Program-made: the position numbers and the translations under genes
Notes under the pieces: model-generated
The model's database searches: none
Told to the model about the DNA's origin: nothing
What the model saw: only the letters and a program-made list of their open reading frames with translations
Shown here: positions 29,841 to 38,385 of the stretch, one piece after another
Layout of the letters: every line of letters starts with the position of its first letter
Numbering within the stretch: position 1 is the first letter of the stretch
Source: Patescibacteria group bacterium
GTDB taxonomy: Bacteria; Patescibacteriota; Microgenomatia; UBA8517
Reading direction: 5' to 3'
NCBI GenBank assembly: GCA_018823885.1
Contig: JAHJHG010000001.1
Coordinates: 108,645 to 172,644, forward strand
DNA length: 64,000 nucleotides

Positions 29841-30533
29841 TTGATTATACTACAAAGACAAAGCTTCACAAAGAGTATGTTAACAATAATTATCTGGATA
29901 CTAGCTTTTATAGTTGCCATAACCATCCACGAAACGGCCCACGCTTGGATGGCGGATAGACTTGGTGACCCAACGCCAAGGCTTATGGGAAGATTATCAC
30001 TAAACCCAATGGTTCACTATGACCCCATTGGAACAACCCTTCTTTTGGTTTTGGTTATCATGAGGTCTATTGGAATTCCAGTAATCCCTTTTGGTTGGGC
30101 AAAGCCTGTTAGGTTCGATCCTTACAATCTTAAAAACCCAAGAAGAGATGCAGCCTTAATTTCGTTGGCAGGACCTTTGTCAAATTTGATCTTGGCAATA
30201 ATATTAGGAATGGTTGTCCGCATAGCATCAACTCCCTTTTCCCCAATTCCTTTTATTGCTGAGTTTCTGTATCCCTTTATCATCCTTAACGTTGTCTTGG
30301 CTATTTTCAACCTTATTCCAATTCACCCCCTTGATGGGGGGAAGATTCTTATAGGTCTTCTTCCTGCAAAGGACGCTTATGAAGCAGATAGGTTTATGAA
30401 TCGTTATGGAATCATTATTTTATTTCTTCTGATATTTCCAACCTTTGGCGGGACTTCTCCTATTTTTATGTTTCTTTCCCCAATCCTGAACTTTATTTTG
30501 GGTATCCTTATCCCCGGAAATCCCGTTATCTAG
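29841..30533 (+). CDS. M50-family membrane metalloprotease (site-2 protease-like)
   Basis: HETAHAWMA HExxH motif in the first TM helix. Multiple TM helices and a downstream ...LDGG... motif. Confidence 0.7.
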   Translation: MIILQRQSFTKSMLTIIIWILAFIVAITIHETAHAWMADRLGDPTPRLMGRLSLNPMVHYDPIGTTLLLVLVIMRSIGIPVIPFGWAKPVRFDPYNLKNPRRDAALISLAGPLSNLILAIILGMVVRIASTPFSPIPFIAEFLYPFIILNVVLAIFNLIPIHPLDGGKILIGLLPAKDAYEADRFMNRYGIIILFLLIFPTFGGTSPIFMFLSPILNFILGILIPGNPVI

Positions 30534-30708
30534 TAATCTTCCGCCAATTGACAAAATCTGGTAGAATATATACGACCCTGCTAAAGGGTGTTTTCGGAAG
30601 AGTTTTTTCCTCATCGAAAAGCACTAAGGGAGGGCATATAGCCTTAGCCCGTGGGCTAGAGCTGAGTCCACCCACCTGGATTTATCCGGGGAAAAATTAA
30701 CTTCCGCT

Positions 30709-30731
30709 GGACCCTCGGCAGGGTCCTTTGG
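30709..30731 (+). terminator. intrinsic terminator-like hairpin (GGACCCT-CGGC-AGGGTCC followed by TTTGG)
   Basis: Perfect 7-bp GC-rich stem with a 4-nt loop and a short T tract. Closes the GC-rich segment downstream of the M50 protease gene. Confidence 0.4.
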
Positions 30732-30756
30732 TTAACTTCAAAATATTCGGATTTTT

Positions 30757-30766
30757 TGGTATAATT
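30757..30766 (+). promoter_or_regulatory. extended -10 promoter (TGGTATAAT) upstream of the tRNA-Thr/tRNA-Tyr pair
   Basis: TGnTATAAT consensus lies about 19 nt upstream of the tRNA-Thr 5' end. Confidence 0.45.
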
Positions 30767-30784
30767 ACGCTCGCAGATATAACA

Positions 30785-30856
30785 CGCCGGCGTAGCTCAG
30801 TGGTAGAGCAACGGTTTTGTAAACCGTAGGTCAGTGGTTCGACCCCACTCGTCGGC
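30785..30856 (+). tRNA. tRNA-Thr (anticodon TGT)
   Basis: Cloverleaf folded by hand: acceptor GCCGGCG/CGTCGGC (one G-U pair), D-arm GCTCAGTGGTAGAGC, anticodon stem ACGGT/ACCGT with loop TTTGTAA, T-arm AGTGG-TTCGACC-CCACT. No encoded CCA. Confidence 0.85.
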
Positions 30857-30881
30857 TCATATTTAATAGATTTGATTTAAT

Positions 30882-30970
30882 TGCTGGGATGGCGGAGTGG
30901 TCAATCGCAACAGTCTGTAAAACTGTCGCCCGAACGGGCTACGTAGGTTCGAATCCTGCTCCCAGCACCA
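30882..30970 (+). tRNA. tRNA-Tyr (anticodon GTA), long variable arm, CCA encoded
   Basis: Acceptor GCTGGGA/TCCCAGC, anticodon stem ACAGT/ACTGT with loop CTGTAAA, variable-arm hairpin GCCCGAACGGGC, T-loop GGTTCGAATCC, 3' ACCA. Confidence 0.85.
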
Positions 30971-30973
30971 CTT

Positions 30974-31864
30974 TTATCTAATAAACTCTGGCTGGGCCCA
31001 TGAAGACATGTAGGTCGAGAGTTCTTCCTCTTTAACCAGCTTTCCGTCTCTATAAGTAAGTTTTATAACTAGACTCTTTCTTGTTTCTTCACTCCACATC
31101 TGATCAAAAACAAAATTACCTAACGAATAATAAACAGGTTTTTCATTTATATACTCCATTCCTTGCACCCAATGCGGTCCGTGGCCAACAACAACATCAG
31201 CCCCTGCCTCAACTAATTTTTTGGCCCATTGTTTTTGAATTTCTGCCGGTTCTTTTCTATATTCTGCTCCCCAGTGAACACTAACTACTAATACATCTGC
31301 CTTACCTACCGACTCCGCAACTAATTTATAATCGTTTTCTTTTGGTATCTTGGATATGAAATCAAATCCAAGAAAGCCATATTTAATACCCTTGCTCTCT
31401 TTTACAACCAATTCTCCCAAGCCTGTTGTTAAAATTTCTTTTTCATCAAGAATCTCAATAGTTTCGGCAAGTCCGCTTTCTCCATAATTTCTTGAGTGGT
31501 TGTTGGCAAGATTAACAATATCAATTCCTGCTGTAACTAATCCTTCCACCATGGCGGGGTCTGCACAAAAAATAAGACTCTCATAACTTCTATGACAATT
31601 TGAAACCATTGGATTCTCTAAATTAACAAAAACAATATCGGCTTCATTTAGTTCATCCGAGACTTTTTCAAAAGGATAGCTGGGATTGCTTAAATCAAGA
31701 CTTTTTGTCATCACCGTTCTTCCCAGCATTACATCTCCCGTTAACATTATTGTTGTTTCAGATCCCTGATTAATTCTGGGGCTGAATTTCAAGGTATAAA
31801 TAAGAAGCATAAAAAATGAGGCTGTTAAGATAAGAAGAAACGTCTGAGATTTATTGCCATTCAC
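30974..31864 (-). CDS. CapA/PgsA-like metallophosphatase (poly-gamma-glutamate capsule synthesis family)
   Basis: N-terminal signal anchor. Calcineurin-like motifs (...LENP...ANNH..., ...GHGPH...). Overall CapA architecture. Confidence 0.75.
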   Translation of the reverse strand: MNGNKSQTFLLILTASFFMLLIYTLKFSPRINQGSETTIMLTGDVMLGRTVMTKSLDLSNPSYPFEKVSDELNEADIVFVNLENPMVSNCHRSYESLIFCADPAMVEGLVTAGIDIVNLANNHSRNYGESGLAETIEILDEKEILTTGLGELVVKESKGIKYGFLGFDFISKIPKENDYKLVAESVGKADVLVVSVHWGAEYRKEPAEIQKQWAKKLVEAGADVVVGHGPHWVQGMEYINEKPVYYSLGNFVFDQMWSEETRKSLVIKLTYRDGKLVKEEELSTYMSSWAQPEFIR

Positions 31865-31910
31865 TTTTTTAGTATATCAGTCTCTGGTATAATCTCACTA
31901 GGCTAGACAT

Positions 31911-31982
31911 GCCTGGGTAGTTTAGTGGCAAAACAAATCCTTGGTAAGGATTAGAGCGGGGGTTCGATTCCCCCCCCAGGCT
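31911..31982 (+). tRNA. tRNA-Thr (anticodon GGT)
   Basis: Acceptor GCCTGGG/CCCAGGC, anticodon stem AATCC/GGATT with loop TTGGTAA, T-arm GGGGG-TTCGATT-CCCCC. Discriminator T, no encoded CCA. Confidence 0.8.
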
Positions 31983-32022
31983 CAAGGTTGTTTATAAGTT
32001 AAAAAAGTGTAAAATATCACGT

Positions 32023-32196
32023 ATGGCAAAAAAAGGAGCTAGGGAAATTGTCGCTTTAGTTTGTTCCGAGTGTAAAGCGCATAATTATGCCACCACCAGG
32101 AACAAAGTTAATATTGAGAAAAAATTAGAAATTAAGAAATATTGCAAGAACTGCAAAAAAAACACTCTTCATAAGGAAACTACCAAATTAAAATAA
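32023..32196 (+). CDS. rpmG: 50S ribosomal protein L33
   Basis: 57-aa ORF, below the track cutoff and translated by hand: MAKKGAREIVALVCSECKAHNYATTRNKVNIEKKLEIKKYCKNCKKNTLHKETTKLK. C..C...C..C zinc ribbon typical of L33. A leaderless-type promoter TTGTTT-16-TAAAAT lies just upstream. Confidence 0.8.
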   Translation: MAKKGAREIVALVCSECKAHNYATTRNKVNIEKKLEIKKYCKNCKKNTLHKETTKLK

Positions 32197-32239
32197 TTTA
32201 CCGCTTGACTCCCAAATAATACCCGAATATCATTGGATT

Positions 32240-32899
32240 ATGCCCTATTCTCTGGAGTTTAAACAAAAAGCCATTAATCTCCGTAAAAAAGGCTACTCCA
32301 TTAAAGAAGTTTCCGAAATATTAGGAATTGCCAAAAGTACCTCCTCTTTGTGGTTGAGAAATGTCAAACTTTCAAAAAAAGCCCAAGGTCGGCTGGCGAA
32401 AAGGGGCATTTTAGGCCAACACAAGTCAAGAAGAACAAACAGGAAGAAAAGAGAGTTGCGAAAACAAGAATATAAACTTTGGGCAAAGAGCAAACTCAAA
32501 TCTCTCCCCACATCAAAAACAGCTCTTCAAATCTATTGTTCTATCCTCTATTGGGCAGAGGGGGGTAAATTTACCGACAATCATCTTGAATTTACAAACT
32601 CTGACCCGCTAATGATAGGGTTATTCTTGAGACTTTTGCGAAAGGGGTTTGATATTGATAAAAGCAAACTAAGAGCCAATGTTCATATTCATGAATATCA
32701 CGAAGACGCCAAACAAAAAGATTACTGGTCTAAAGCTAGCAACATTCCTCTCAAGCAGTTTAACAAAAGCTATCGTAAACCACACACAAGAAAAAGAATT
32801 AGAAATAATTACCCAGGCTGTGTTAGAATATGCTACTATTCTGCGGATACTGCGAGAAAGATCCAGGCTCTTTATCAAAATTTGACAGATTATATTTAA
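32240..32899 (+). CDS. basic protein with an N-terminal transposase-type HTH (IS3/IS911 OrfA-like HTH_Tnp_1). The remainder is unassigned.
   Basis: N-terminus YSLEFKQKAINLRKKGYSIKEVSEILGIAKSTSSLWLRNVK matches the ys.EfK..av.l....g.sv.eva..lGis..tl..W pattern. Wedged between rpmG and tRNA-Trp. Confidence 0.45.
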   Translation: MPYSLEFKQKAINLRKKGYSIKEVSEILGIAKSTSSLWLRNVKLSKKAQGRLAKRGILGQHKSRRTNRKKRELRKQEYKLWAKSKLKSLPTSKTALQIYCSILYWAEGGKFTDNHLEFTNSDPLMIGLFLRLLRKGFDIDKSKLRANVHIHEYHEDAKQKDYWSKASNIPLKQFNKSYRKPHTRKRIRNNYPGCVRICYYSADTARKIQALYQNLTDYI

Positions 32900-32905
32900 T
32901 TTTTT

Positions 32906-32979
32906 AGGCCCGTGGTGAAATGGCATCATCGCGATCTCCAAAATCGCTGTTCCAGGTTCGAGTCCTGGCGGGCCTGCCA
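32906..32979 (+). tRNA. tRNA-Trp (anticodon CCA), CCA encoded
   Basis: Acceptor AGGCCCG/CGGGCCT, anticodon stem GCGAT/ATCGC with loop CTCCAAA, T-arm CCAGG-TTCGAGT-CCTGG, 3' GCCA. Confidence 0.85.
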
Positions 32980-33005
32980 ACCCGAGGGGAAGATGAAAGG
33001 TTTGA

Positions 33006-33278
33006 TTATAAATTTTTTGGATTTAGTGTATTCCTTGTCTCTTCGTAAATCTCCTTTACTTCTGCAAAAGCGTCCTGTGCTATCTCGATAGCTTTTTTTT
33101 GATCAATGCCTCTAGACTTTACTCTTATAGTTGTCTTCGCTCTTCGAAGAACTTCCTCTATTGCGTTTAATTTAACCTCTATTAGGGCTTCTAGCCAGTT
33201 GGTGTGAAATTGCTCACCACATTTTTTGCAATGGACTACCGCCAGAAATTCGTGTTCACAATCTTTGTTTTTCTTCAT
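33006..33278 (-). CDS. hypothetical small protein with a CxxC...CxxC-like N-terminus
   Basis: 90 aa (CEHEF...CKKCGEQFH). Promoter-like AAACTTTGTCAG...TATAAT element upstream. Confidence 0.35.
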   Translation of the reverse strand: MKKNKDCEHEFLAVVHCKKCGEQFHTNWLEALIEVKLNAIEEVLRRAKTTIRVKSRGIDQKKAIEIAQDAFAEVKEIYEETRNTLNPKNL

Positions 33279-33377
33279 TTTCGATTTCTAATCCTGGCTT
33301 GGTATGTAATTATACAATAGTGGTCCCTGACAAAGTTTACTAGCCTCTGCCACCCACCCAAGGTTAGAACGAGCTTT

Positions 33378-33863
33378 TCAAATCAGCTCGTTTTTCAGAA
33401 GCTTCAAAGCTTTTCTTAATAATATCTTGTTTCCTTTTTTATAACTCCAAGTACTAGCTCCAGATGGATGTGGAAACGGAATAACTATTAATTCATTTTT
33501 CATAGCCAGATAAGGGTCAGTAATATAGATTTGTCCGATATTCTCTACTAAAGGTTTTATTTTTTCATTTAAGCAGTAAGAAATTGACAATCTCCCTATT
33601 GGAACAACTATCTCGGGATTAAAGCTGGTAATTGTGTTAATTAATCTATCTCTTTCTTTATCAATATCATCCTTCGTTGGAACAATATGAGACCCATTCA
33701 TTGTCCCAGGGAAATAATCAATCAATGCTGAATAAAGAAAATTCTTACTAATTAGCTCATCGGTAAGTCCAATTGAATAAAGCCACTGATTTAATGAGAG
33801 CCAGTCGTGAGGATGTCTTTTAACTTTCGGCATAGCTTGACCAATGAAAATCGTTTTCTTCAT
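33378..33863 (-). CDS. uracil-DNA glycosylase superfamily protein (family 4/5-like)
   Basis: C-terminal ...IVIPFPHPSGASTW... resembles UDG-superfamily motif B. The start was moved to the internal Met (MKKTIFIG...) that sits 7 nt after a TATAAT box, a leaderless arrangement. Confidence 0.5.
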   Translation of the reverse strand: MKKTIFIGQAMPKVKRHPHDWLSLNQWLYSIGLTDELISKNFLYSALIDYFPGTMNGSHIVPTKDDIDKERDRLINTITSFNPEIVVPIGRLSISYCLNEKIKPLVENIGQIYITDPYLAMKNELIVIPFPHPSGASTWSYKKGNKILLRKALKLLKNELI

Positions 33864-33965
33864 TAAAATCATTATACCTAAAGTAGTTACTGACAAAGTT
33901 TATCCGTCTCTGTATAGAAAGAATTTGTTGACTTTAGCACTACCTTAATTTATTATTCCAGCTAG

Positions 33966-34790
33966 ATGGAGGAAGAACATATAATCCCTGCTGAAGACAA
34001 GGAGCCTACTTCAAAAGAGCCCTCGAAATATCTGTCCTCTCAAAAGAAACTATTTATTATTGCTGCAATCATCTTGGTTTTTGCCATAATTGGCGGAGCT
34101 TTCTGGCTTGGATCAAGTAGGAAAAAACAAGAGGGTGAACCATCACCTTCACCTACCCCTGAAGCAAATCCAGCTGCTGTTATAGAAGGGGCAACTGAAA
34201 GCTCTAGTCCCTCATCTGAAGTAACTAGTAGCCCATCTCCCACTCCCACCCCAACCCCCGAAACAATAGAAAAAGTAATTACGTCAACAGCTTCTCTGGA
34301 TGGTTATTGGGGTAGTAATGGCTTTGGCTATGATAATTTATATATTTTGGTCGGAAGAAATATTGGCGTTATTCAACGTGGTTTTGTCAGTTTTAATTTA
34401 AGCAGTTTACCTTCGGGTGCAGTTATAGAAAGTGCTACCTTAAGACTTTACCAAGAAAAAATAGTTGGTCATCCATACGGGATAGGCACAAGAGACTTGA
34501 AAGTAGATCATCTTAATTACGGAGATAGTTTAGGCAATGAAGATTACGGTGCTTCGGCAATTTCAGCCAGTTTTGCCACATTAACCAATAATGCAACTAT
34601 TGAATGGAAAGATGCTAATGTTACTGATTCTCTAAAAAATGATTTATCAAACGGGAGAAACAAGTCTCAGTATCGAATTCTTTTCCCAACTGATGTGGCA
34701 GGAGCAACAAGCGATCTTGTCTATTTTGAATCAGCCGATAATTCTCAAGGAACAGGAAATCTTCCCCAGCTTGTAATCAAATACCACTAA
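33966..34790 (+). CDS. secreted/membrane-anchored hypothetical protein with a Pro/Ser/Thr-rich linker
   Basis: Signal anchor (LFIIAAIILVFAIIGGAFWL), PSPSPTPE...SPSPTPTPTPE linker, then a globular C-terminal domain. Confidence 0.45.
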   Translation: MEEEHIIPAEDKEPTSKEPSKYLSSQKKLFIIAAIILVFAIIGGAFWLGSSRKKQEGEPSPSPTPEANPAAVIEGATESSSPSSEVTSSPSPTPTPTPETIEKVITSTASLDGYWGSNGFGYDNLYILVGRNIGVIQRGFVSFNLSSLPSGAVIESATLRLYQEKIVGHPYGIGTRDLKVDHLNYGDSLGNEDYGASAISASFATLTNNATIEWKDANVTDSLKNDLSNGRNKSQYRILFPTDVAGATSDLVYFESADNSQGTGNLPQLVIKYH

Positions 34791-34911
34791 TCATTGTTTG
34801 GAAATTTAGTTTGAGGATACTTTGTTGAAGTCTTAATTTGAAAAAATCTGGTGGGGAAAACTAAAAAAAGAACTTTCAGTTCTCCCCACCCATTAAGCCA
34901 ATTAATCAAGA

Positions 34912-35546
34912 TTACTCTTCCCGTATGTGCGTTTGTGTGACAAAACGCGTACGTTCAACGAGCTCTTGATAAGTTTCCATGCTAACGCCAGAGATAAGCC
35001 TGGGCGTTTGCGGTAACTGAGCACTCGATTTGCTCTTTGGCTTGAACGCAGGAACCTCAGTTCCCTTATCTGGTTTTCCAGACACTTCGTACCTCCTGGC
35101 GCTAATTTGATCAGGATACCCGATCATGCGCTGGTCGTGGTATACATTATAGGTGCAATCTTTTGTAAAGTCAAATTTCTGAAGATTGGGCTTTGAAACA
35201 ACTATTAGTGGTATGACTCTAGGCAAAACAAATGCGATTAAATGCATTTTTGCTTCACCTAGAGCCAACTTCGTGCTTAACACAGAGATTAGATTTCTTG
35301 GCAAGCTCCTTGCTTAATAGTCCTTAGTTCCTCGGGATCTATTGGACTTACCTTCTGTGCTTCATTAAAACCGAACGAACGTCGTTGTCCGGTTTCTTGT
35401 CGAAACCACGCACACGTTGGTATATTAAAAGGGCGACCCGGAAAGTGACCGTCTATCTGTTCACTTGTATACGGAATCTCTGGGCTTACCCACTCTTTGG
35501 GGTTGGAATGTGGTTCCAAACCCTCAACTATGTTACGGTGCGACAC
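34912..35546 (-). pseudogene. two overlapping ORFs (35289..35546 and 34912..35304) in different frames, possibly one frameshifted gene. Lies in a GC-rich patch.
   Basis: 16-bp overlap with a frame change. Local GC (~50%) is well above the window background (~38%). No motif recognised. Confidence 0.3.
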
Positions 35547-35645
35547 TTTTAACCTCCTTCGCGAGTATTTAGTCGCTTTTGACTATTTTGCGATGGCTCA
35601 GTATATTATAGGAGTTCTAATGTTAAATTACAAATAGGAGGAATA

Positions 35646-36014
35646 TTATCGTGAATTGCGTCCCTGCTCCCCATATCTTCTCCATTGTTCGCTGTAAGGT
35701 AGTCTCTTGTTTAAAAACCCACATTCTTTTGCAACAAGCGCGATTGTGGGAGATTCGAGGTCATTTTCGTTTACACGCTCCGTTGGAGCATGATATGTAT
35801 TTAACCAATAACTCCATTTGTCTTTTTCTTCATCAAAGAACCGCCAAGTAAACATCCTACCCTCTCGAGTTATTTCTAACTTCACACCTTCTTCGTCCTC
35901 ACCTGCAAGCTTCTCGCCAAGATACAGCACTACTCTTTCTAGTTCTCCTTCGACAACTATGTTCAAGACCCTACCGCCGACACGAATCTCTGGTTGTTCT
36001 GATTCTTTATTCAT
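35646..36014 (-). CDS. hypothetical protein (GC-rich patch)
   Basis: 122-aa ORF in the same compositionally atypical segment. Confidence 0.35.
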   Translation of the reverse strand: MNKESEQPEIRVGGRVLNIVVEGELERVVLYLGEKLAGEDEEGVKLEITREGRMFTWRFFDEEKDKWSYWLNTYHAPTERVNENDLESPTIALVAKECGFLNKRLPYSEQWRRYGEQGRNSR

Positions 36015-36211
36015 ATTGAATTTCGTCTGGTATGTTACTACAAATTAACCTCTCTTTTCAAATTTGTAAGACCAATAGCACAGATTTTATGAGCCAAATA
36101 TCCAATATTTATGAGCGTAGGACTTCACATATTTCTTAATTCTGTTAAAATAACATCAGGTGGTGGTTTATGTGATTTTATTAAACATTCAAGGAAAGGG
36201 GGCGATAACTA

Positions 36212-36403
36212 GTGGTTTTCGTCAAAAAGAAAAAAGGCGAATCAGAAGACAGGCTTATAGCCCGCTTCAGGAAAAAAGTGGTTAACGAAGGAATTTTGTT
36301 TGAAATTAGGGAAAAAGAGCGCTATAAAAAGCCCTCGGAAAGAAGGCAAGAAAAAATAAAAAGAGTTAAGCACCAGATAAAACTGGAGAAAAAAAGAGAC
36401 TAA
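36212..36403 (+). CDS. rpsU: 30S ribosomal protein S21
   Basis: 63 aa. The ...RLIARFRKKVVNEGILFEIREKERYKKPSERRQEK... region aligns with the S21 core ALRRFKR...GVL.E.RRRE.YEKP..ERK. Confidence 0.7.
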   Translation: MVFVKKKKGESEDRLIARFRKKVVNEGILFEIREKERYKKPSERRQEKIKRVKHQIKLEKKRD

Positions 36404-37098
36404 ATGCTTTTAGAGAGAAAGGTCTCTACAAATTTTTTTCTGTGATATCTTGATATTCCAAATTTTTTTATTGCCTTGCCGTGTTCTTTTGTACCGTATC
36501 CTTTGTTTCTGTCCCACCCATATCGTTTATATCTTGGTCTTTCGCTTAAAGCTTTCATAATATTATCTCTGTATACTTTGGCAATAATTGATGCCGCTGC
36601 GATAGAAATCGACTTTTGATCGCCTTTCACAATGGCTTCTTGTCGGCCTCTCCCATCCTTTAGATTATGATTCTTTCGAGCGGCTTTTCGTTTCATGGGT
36701 AAACCACGTACACATGGTATAAAAAGGGCATCTATGAGTAGATAATCTGTTCTTCTTTGCATCCTCTTGTTCGCATTTTCGATAGCTCTCCGAAAAGCCA
36801 CTTGAGTCGCTTTGGACATCCCTATTCTATTAATAACTCCTGCACTCACTTCCCCCGTTCCCCAAGCAAGAGCGTTTTTAACTATCCATTCGTTTGCAAT
36901 CTTTCGTCTTTTGGGTGTCACTTTTTTAGAATCATTAATGTATATGTTTTTAGGAATTTTCGTTTCCAGTTTAAATACCACGCAACCAGCAACAACTGGC
37001 CCTGCAAACGAACCCCTACCCACTTCATCCAATCCGGCAACAAATTTAAAACCTTTTTTCCAAAGCCTTTTTTCGAAGGAAAAATTCGGGAGATTCAT
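36400..37098 (-). CDS. rnhB: ribonuclease HII
   Basis: GLDEVGRGSFAGPVVAGCVVF N-terminal DE motif, internal ...LIDA... Length 232 aa. Confidence 0.85.
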   Translation of the reverse strand: MNLPNFSFEKRLWKKGFKFVAGLDEVGRGSFAGPVVAGCVVFKLETKIPKNIYINDSKKVTPKRRKIANEWIVKNALAWGTGEVSAGVINRIGMSKATQVAFRRAIENANKRMQRRTDYLLIDALFIPCVRGLPMKRKAARKNHNLKDGRGRQEAIVKGDQKSISIAAASIIAKVYRDNIMKALSERPRYKRYGWDRNKGYGTKEHGKAIKKFGISRYHRKKFVETFLSKSI

Positions 37099-38385
37099 TT
37101 AGTCAAATACCGTATAAACTAAATTGTCCGGATCTTCTAATACTTCACCTATCAAGGTATGTACTTGACGCAATTTTCTAATTGCGCCTTCAGGGTCTCT
37201 TTTCATAATAAATTCCTCTGCCGATATTCTCTCTAATTCGCCTTCCATACCAGCGGCTTTTAGCACTGTTCTTAAAACAAACCAGTTTTTACTTTTCATA
37301 TTATACGGTGACAGCAACATAGCCTCGCTTAAACGGGAAATAAGGAGGTAAGGAGCAACACGAACCGGTCTTAAATTTATTTTTACGATTGCTTTTAGGT
37401 CTCGCCTTAATCCACTTATCTCTTTATCACTAATGTTTTTTGTGGGGTCGTCTTCTGTTAAAACTTTATGTCCGGATTCTTTTCCTAAACCAGCCAACCT
37501 TTCAATGGCATCTCTTGCATTTTCAAGTAGAGCCCTTGTTGTAAATCTTTCAACATAAAGTAAATTGAAAACATTGTTCGCTTTTTCTCTTGACAATCTG
37601 GCAAGCACCTCTCGTTTAACAACGTCTAGATAGGCTGATCGTAAAAGCGTTCTTGAAATTAATGGATTTACTCTTCCAAGTCGATCTTCCTTCCCTGCCC
37701 GTAGCAATGAGTCAATCATGCGCTGATAAACACCACCCTTTGTTTCCGATATCCCAAGCTCTTCAATCATCGCGCTTGTTTTTTCCGCAACTTCAAATAG
37801 TTCGTCCCTGCTAATTCCCCCTTTAAGAAACGGTTCCGTGAGTTTGTGAATCTCCACAAACAAACCGGCTATCTTATCCTGTTCTATTCCCCCAAAAACA
37901 CCATAATCCCTCCGTACCTCGTCTTGCTGTCTCATTGCCGCCTCAATTCCATCTTCAATTTTTTGAGGAATAAGTCGTGCAACGAACCAGCTTTTAGGAA
38001 ACGATACTAGATCAACATTCTTTGCATGCTTCGGTTTACCAATAACAACAAATCGCTCTGGCTCCTTTAATGCTTGCTTTCCTTTGTCAGTTATCTCCGT
38101 AGCAGCTGATCTCCATTTTGTAATAATAACAACCCCAGTATCTCTCTCATACCTGGGAACCCAACTCGAAGGATATTGAAGATTGGAGGGCCCTATTATT
38201 GGCAAATTCAAAAAGTCTTTTTTTGAGTTTTCGATTATTAGAAGCCCAATCTTTCCGCCTGGCATTTCTGCTCTAGCCCTGACAGCTATTCTCTCACGAC
38301 CAATCTCTATTGACTCTCCTTTCTGAAAGCCTCGCTTAACACCTGGAATTCTATCTAACCTTTCTCTATCCCTCTCCTTACTCAT
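37099..38385 (-). CDS. hypothetical protein, apparently co-transcribed with rnhB
   Basis: 428-aa ORF ending 1 nt before the rnhB start. No motif recognised. Confidence 0.4.
   Translation of the reverse strand: MSKERDRERLDRIPGVKRGFQKGESIEIGRERIAVRARAEMPGGKIGLLIIENSKKDFLNLPIIGPSNLQYPSSWVPRYERDTGVVIITKWRSAATEITDKGKQALKEPERFVVIGKPKHAKNVDLVSFPKSWFVARLIPQKIEDGIEAAMRQQDEVRRDYGVFGGIEQDKIAGLFVEIHKLTEPFLKGGISRDELFEVAEKTSAMIEELGISETKGGVYQRMIDSLLRAGKEDRLGRVNPLISRTLLRSAYLDVVKREVLARLSREKANNVFNLLYVERFTTRALLENARDAIERLAGLGKESGHKVLTEDDPTKNISDKEISGLRRDLKAIVKINLRPVRVAPYLLISRLSEAMLLSPYNMKSKNWFVLRTVLKAAGMEGELERISAEEFIMKRDPEGAIRKLRQVHTLIGEVLEDPDNLVYTVFD

Noticed and set aside
30549-30745. Possibility that the GC-rich segment is SRP (4.5S) RNA, RNase P RNA or tmRNA
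   Set aside because: None of their signature motifs could be found by eye: no AGGAAGCAG with a GGAA tetraloop for SRP, no P4 GGAAAGUCCGG for RNase P, no tRNA-like GGTTCGA acceptor end for tmRNA. Kept only as an unassigned structured-RNA candidate.
32240-32899. LAGLIDADG homing-endonuclease assignment for the HTH protein
   Set aside because: Only a weak ILYWAEGGKF stretch resembles the motif, and there is no second motif or the spacing expected. Retained just as an HTH protein.
33325-33902. The two AAACTTTGTCAG-containing repeats as att sites flanking an integrated element
   Set aside because: They are each positioned as -35 regions with correctly spaced TATAAT boxes in front of consecutive genes, and they do not resemble the tRNA-Trp 3' end. 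A promoter-duplication explanation is simpler.
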